NCBI GenBank assembly: GCA_048128005.1
Contig: JBEUKZ010000138.1
Coordinates: forward strand, 62,001 to 126,000
DNA length: 64,000 nucleotides
DNA from: Veleropilina oligotropha
Lineage: Eukaryota
Reading direction: 5' to 3'
This document shows, piece by piece, positions 62,751 through 64,000 of this stretch (positions within the stretch are counted from its first letter, which is position 1; each line of letters begins with the position of its first letter). The translations under genes were made by a program, and so were the position numbers. A model generated the notes under the pieces. That model saw only the letters and a program-made list of their open reading frames with translations. It had not been told where the DNA came from and made no database searches.

Positions 62751-62998
62751 GGAGGAGGAATGATGCTTAATGTCCTGTATATTTACAACATCGAGGTTCA
62801 AGGCAGGACATGTCCGTGTTATCGCGGGAGGAAACCCCGGTCGCCCGGGTAAACCCGCCCTCTTCGGCCAGTCACGGACAACTGTGATTCATAACTTGAA
62901 CAAATGTCAATGCCTCAGCCAGGTATTGAACCCACTACTGTTCGCATTAGAGGAATCAAGCCAGTGAATTTAGAGTGGACACTTTTAACCACTGCGCT
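62751..62998 (-). mobile_element. Young-subfamily SINE with ~11-bp TSD
   Basis: gcagttttagt at 62740-62750 and 62999-63009. Confidence 0.88.
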
Positions 62999-63308
62999 GC
63001 AGTTTTAGTAACTAAAGTAAGTTTTATATGAAAAGATAATACGTTTTAACCGGATATACGTATAGAATGCAAGTCTGCTGACAAGGCGCATTACATTTCT
63101 ATAATAACAAGGGAGATAATTTAGTGTGAAGACTATATTAAGCAGCTAAGTTACGATATGAATTTTATTAATTTTGAAAGGTGAAAGTCGATTTCGTGAT
63201 AAAACTTGTGAAATTTTTAAATTATCAAACATTAAGTGAGCATATAAATAAAGCCTCTTCCAAATATCAATTGAAGTGTTCTAACTTGTTGCTAAACAAT
63301 ATGCATTT

Positions 63309-63625
63309 CAGGGGCGGATCCAGGGGGGGTCCATGGGGGTCGGACCCCCCCTTGACGGACCAAGTGCCCTTTTGCCTTGGCCATTAAAAAACTCAATGTG
63401 TTAGATTGTGACAAAAATAAAAATTACCCATATATTTTAGTGAAAATGGTTCATAAATGTTGGTAAGAAATCTCGCTTTTGCCCTGTCAGAGTGCAGGAG
63501 AGGAGGTTTAAGGCTGTTGATTGTCAAAATTTTCTTTCGCGTGGGGCCCTGCTCCCACGCGAACAGTTGAAAGTATATTTTATGAAAGTTGGATCCCCCT
63601 TGGCAAAATCCTGCATCCGCCCCTT
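63309..63625. mobile_element. MITE with GC-rich TIRs
   Basis: caggggcggatccagg / cctgcatccgcccct; CATTT on both flanks. Confidence 0.65.
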
Positions 63626-64000
63626 CATTTCTAACATAGTAACAAGTATGGGCCTATCAAAGAAATGTCTAAAATAATTACATAAGGAACATATTACTTA
63701 TTAATTAGTTAGCTTAATTGTTAAAAGCTTGGCTACATATTATATCTAGGTAGACTAGATGTGGTACAAATTTTGCATTATTTACACAACAGTCCATCAA
63801 AAACTTTTCAATATTATATCATAACCATTATAAGCCAATGCCCCATATTAGTATATTGTATAAAATGTATTCACATAATGGCTAAAGCGGCCTTGACATT
63901 GAAAGAAGTTTTTTTACATATCGCTCTCCCAACGTCGTTTCTTTTGCGAGAGTCAATTGCTCTCTCAGCATTTTCATGAGTTTCATTGAAGGTTTCATTT

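Overview
AT-rich animal genomic DNA, most likely a marine invertebrate (lophotrochozoan-like repeat landscape; species not determinable from sequence alone). Two convergent multi-exon host genes could be spliced by hand. One is a complete ABHD2-like alpha/beta hydrolase (+, 8 coding exons, 1973-17308). The other is the 3' part of an ADAM10/Kuzbanian metalloprotease (-, 13 exons, 60672 down to 33066), which contains a U12-type AT-AC intron (41733-43294). ABHD2 intron 4 carries a structurally complete 7.4-kb DIRS1-like tyrosine-recombinase retrotransposon (7172-14593) with 200-bp ITRs, an internal complementary region, Gag, RT-RNaseH-methyltransferase and YR. It has integrated through a 4-bp ATAT core into a tRNA-derived SINE. 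Its Gag and YR frames are separated by a single TAG, and its pol frame has two premature stops. The rest is dense in SINEs, Helentron-associated (HINE-like) elements with internal satellites, TIR MITEs (TA, TTAA and 5-bp TSDs), LINE 3' fragments and an intron-containing Crypton/DUF3504 relic. Three long hairpins with unrelated stems share periodic CTCG/CTCG internal loops.
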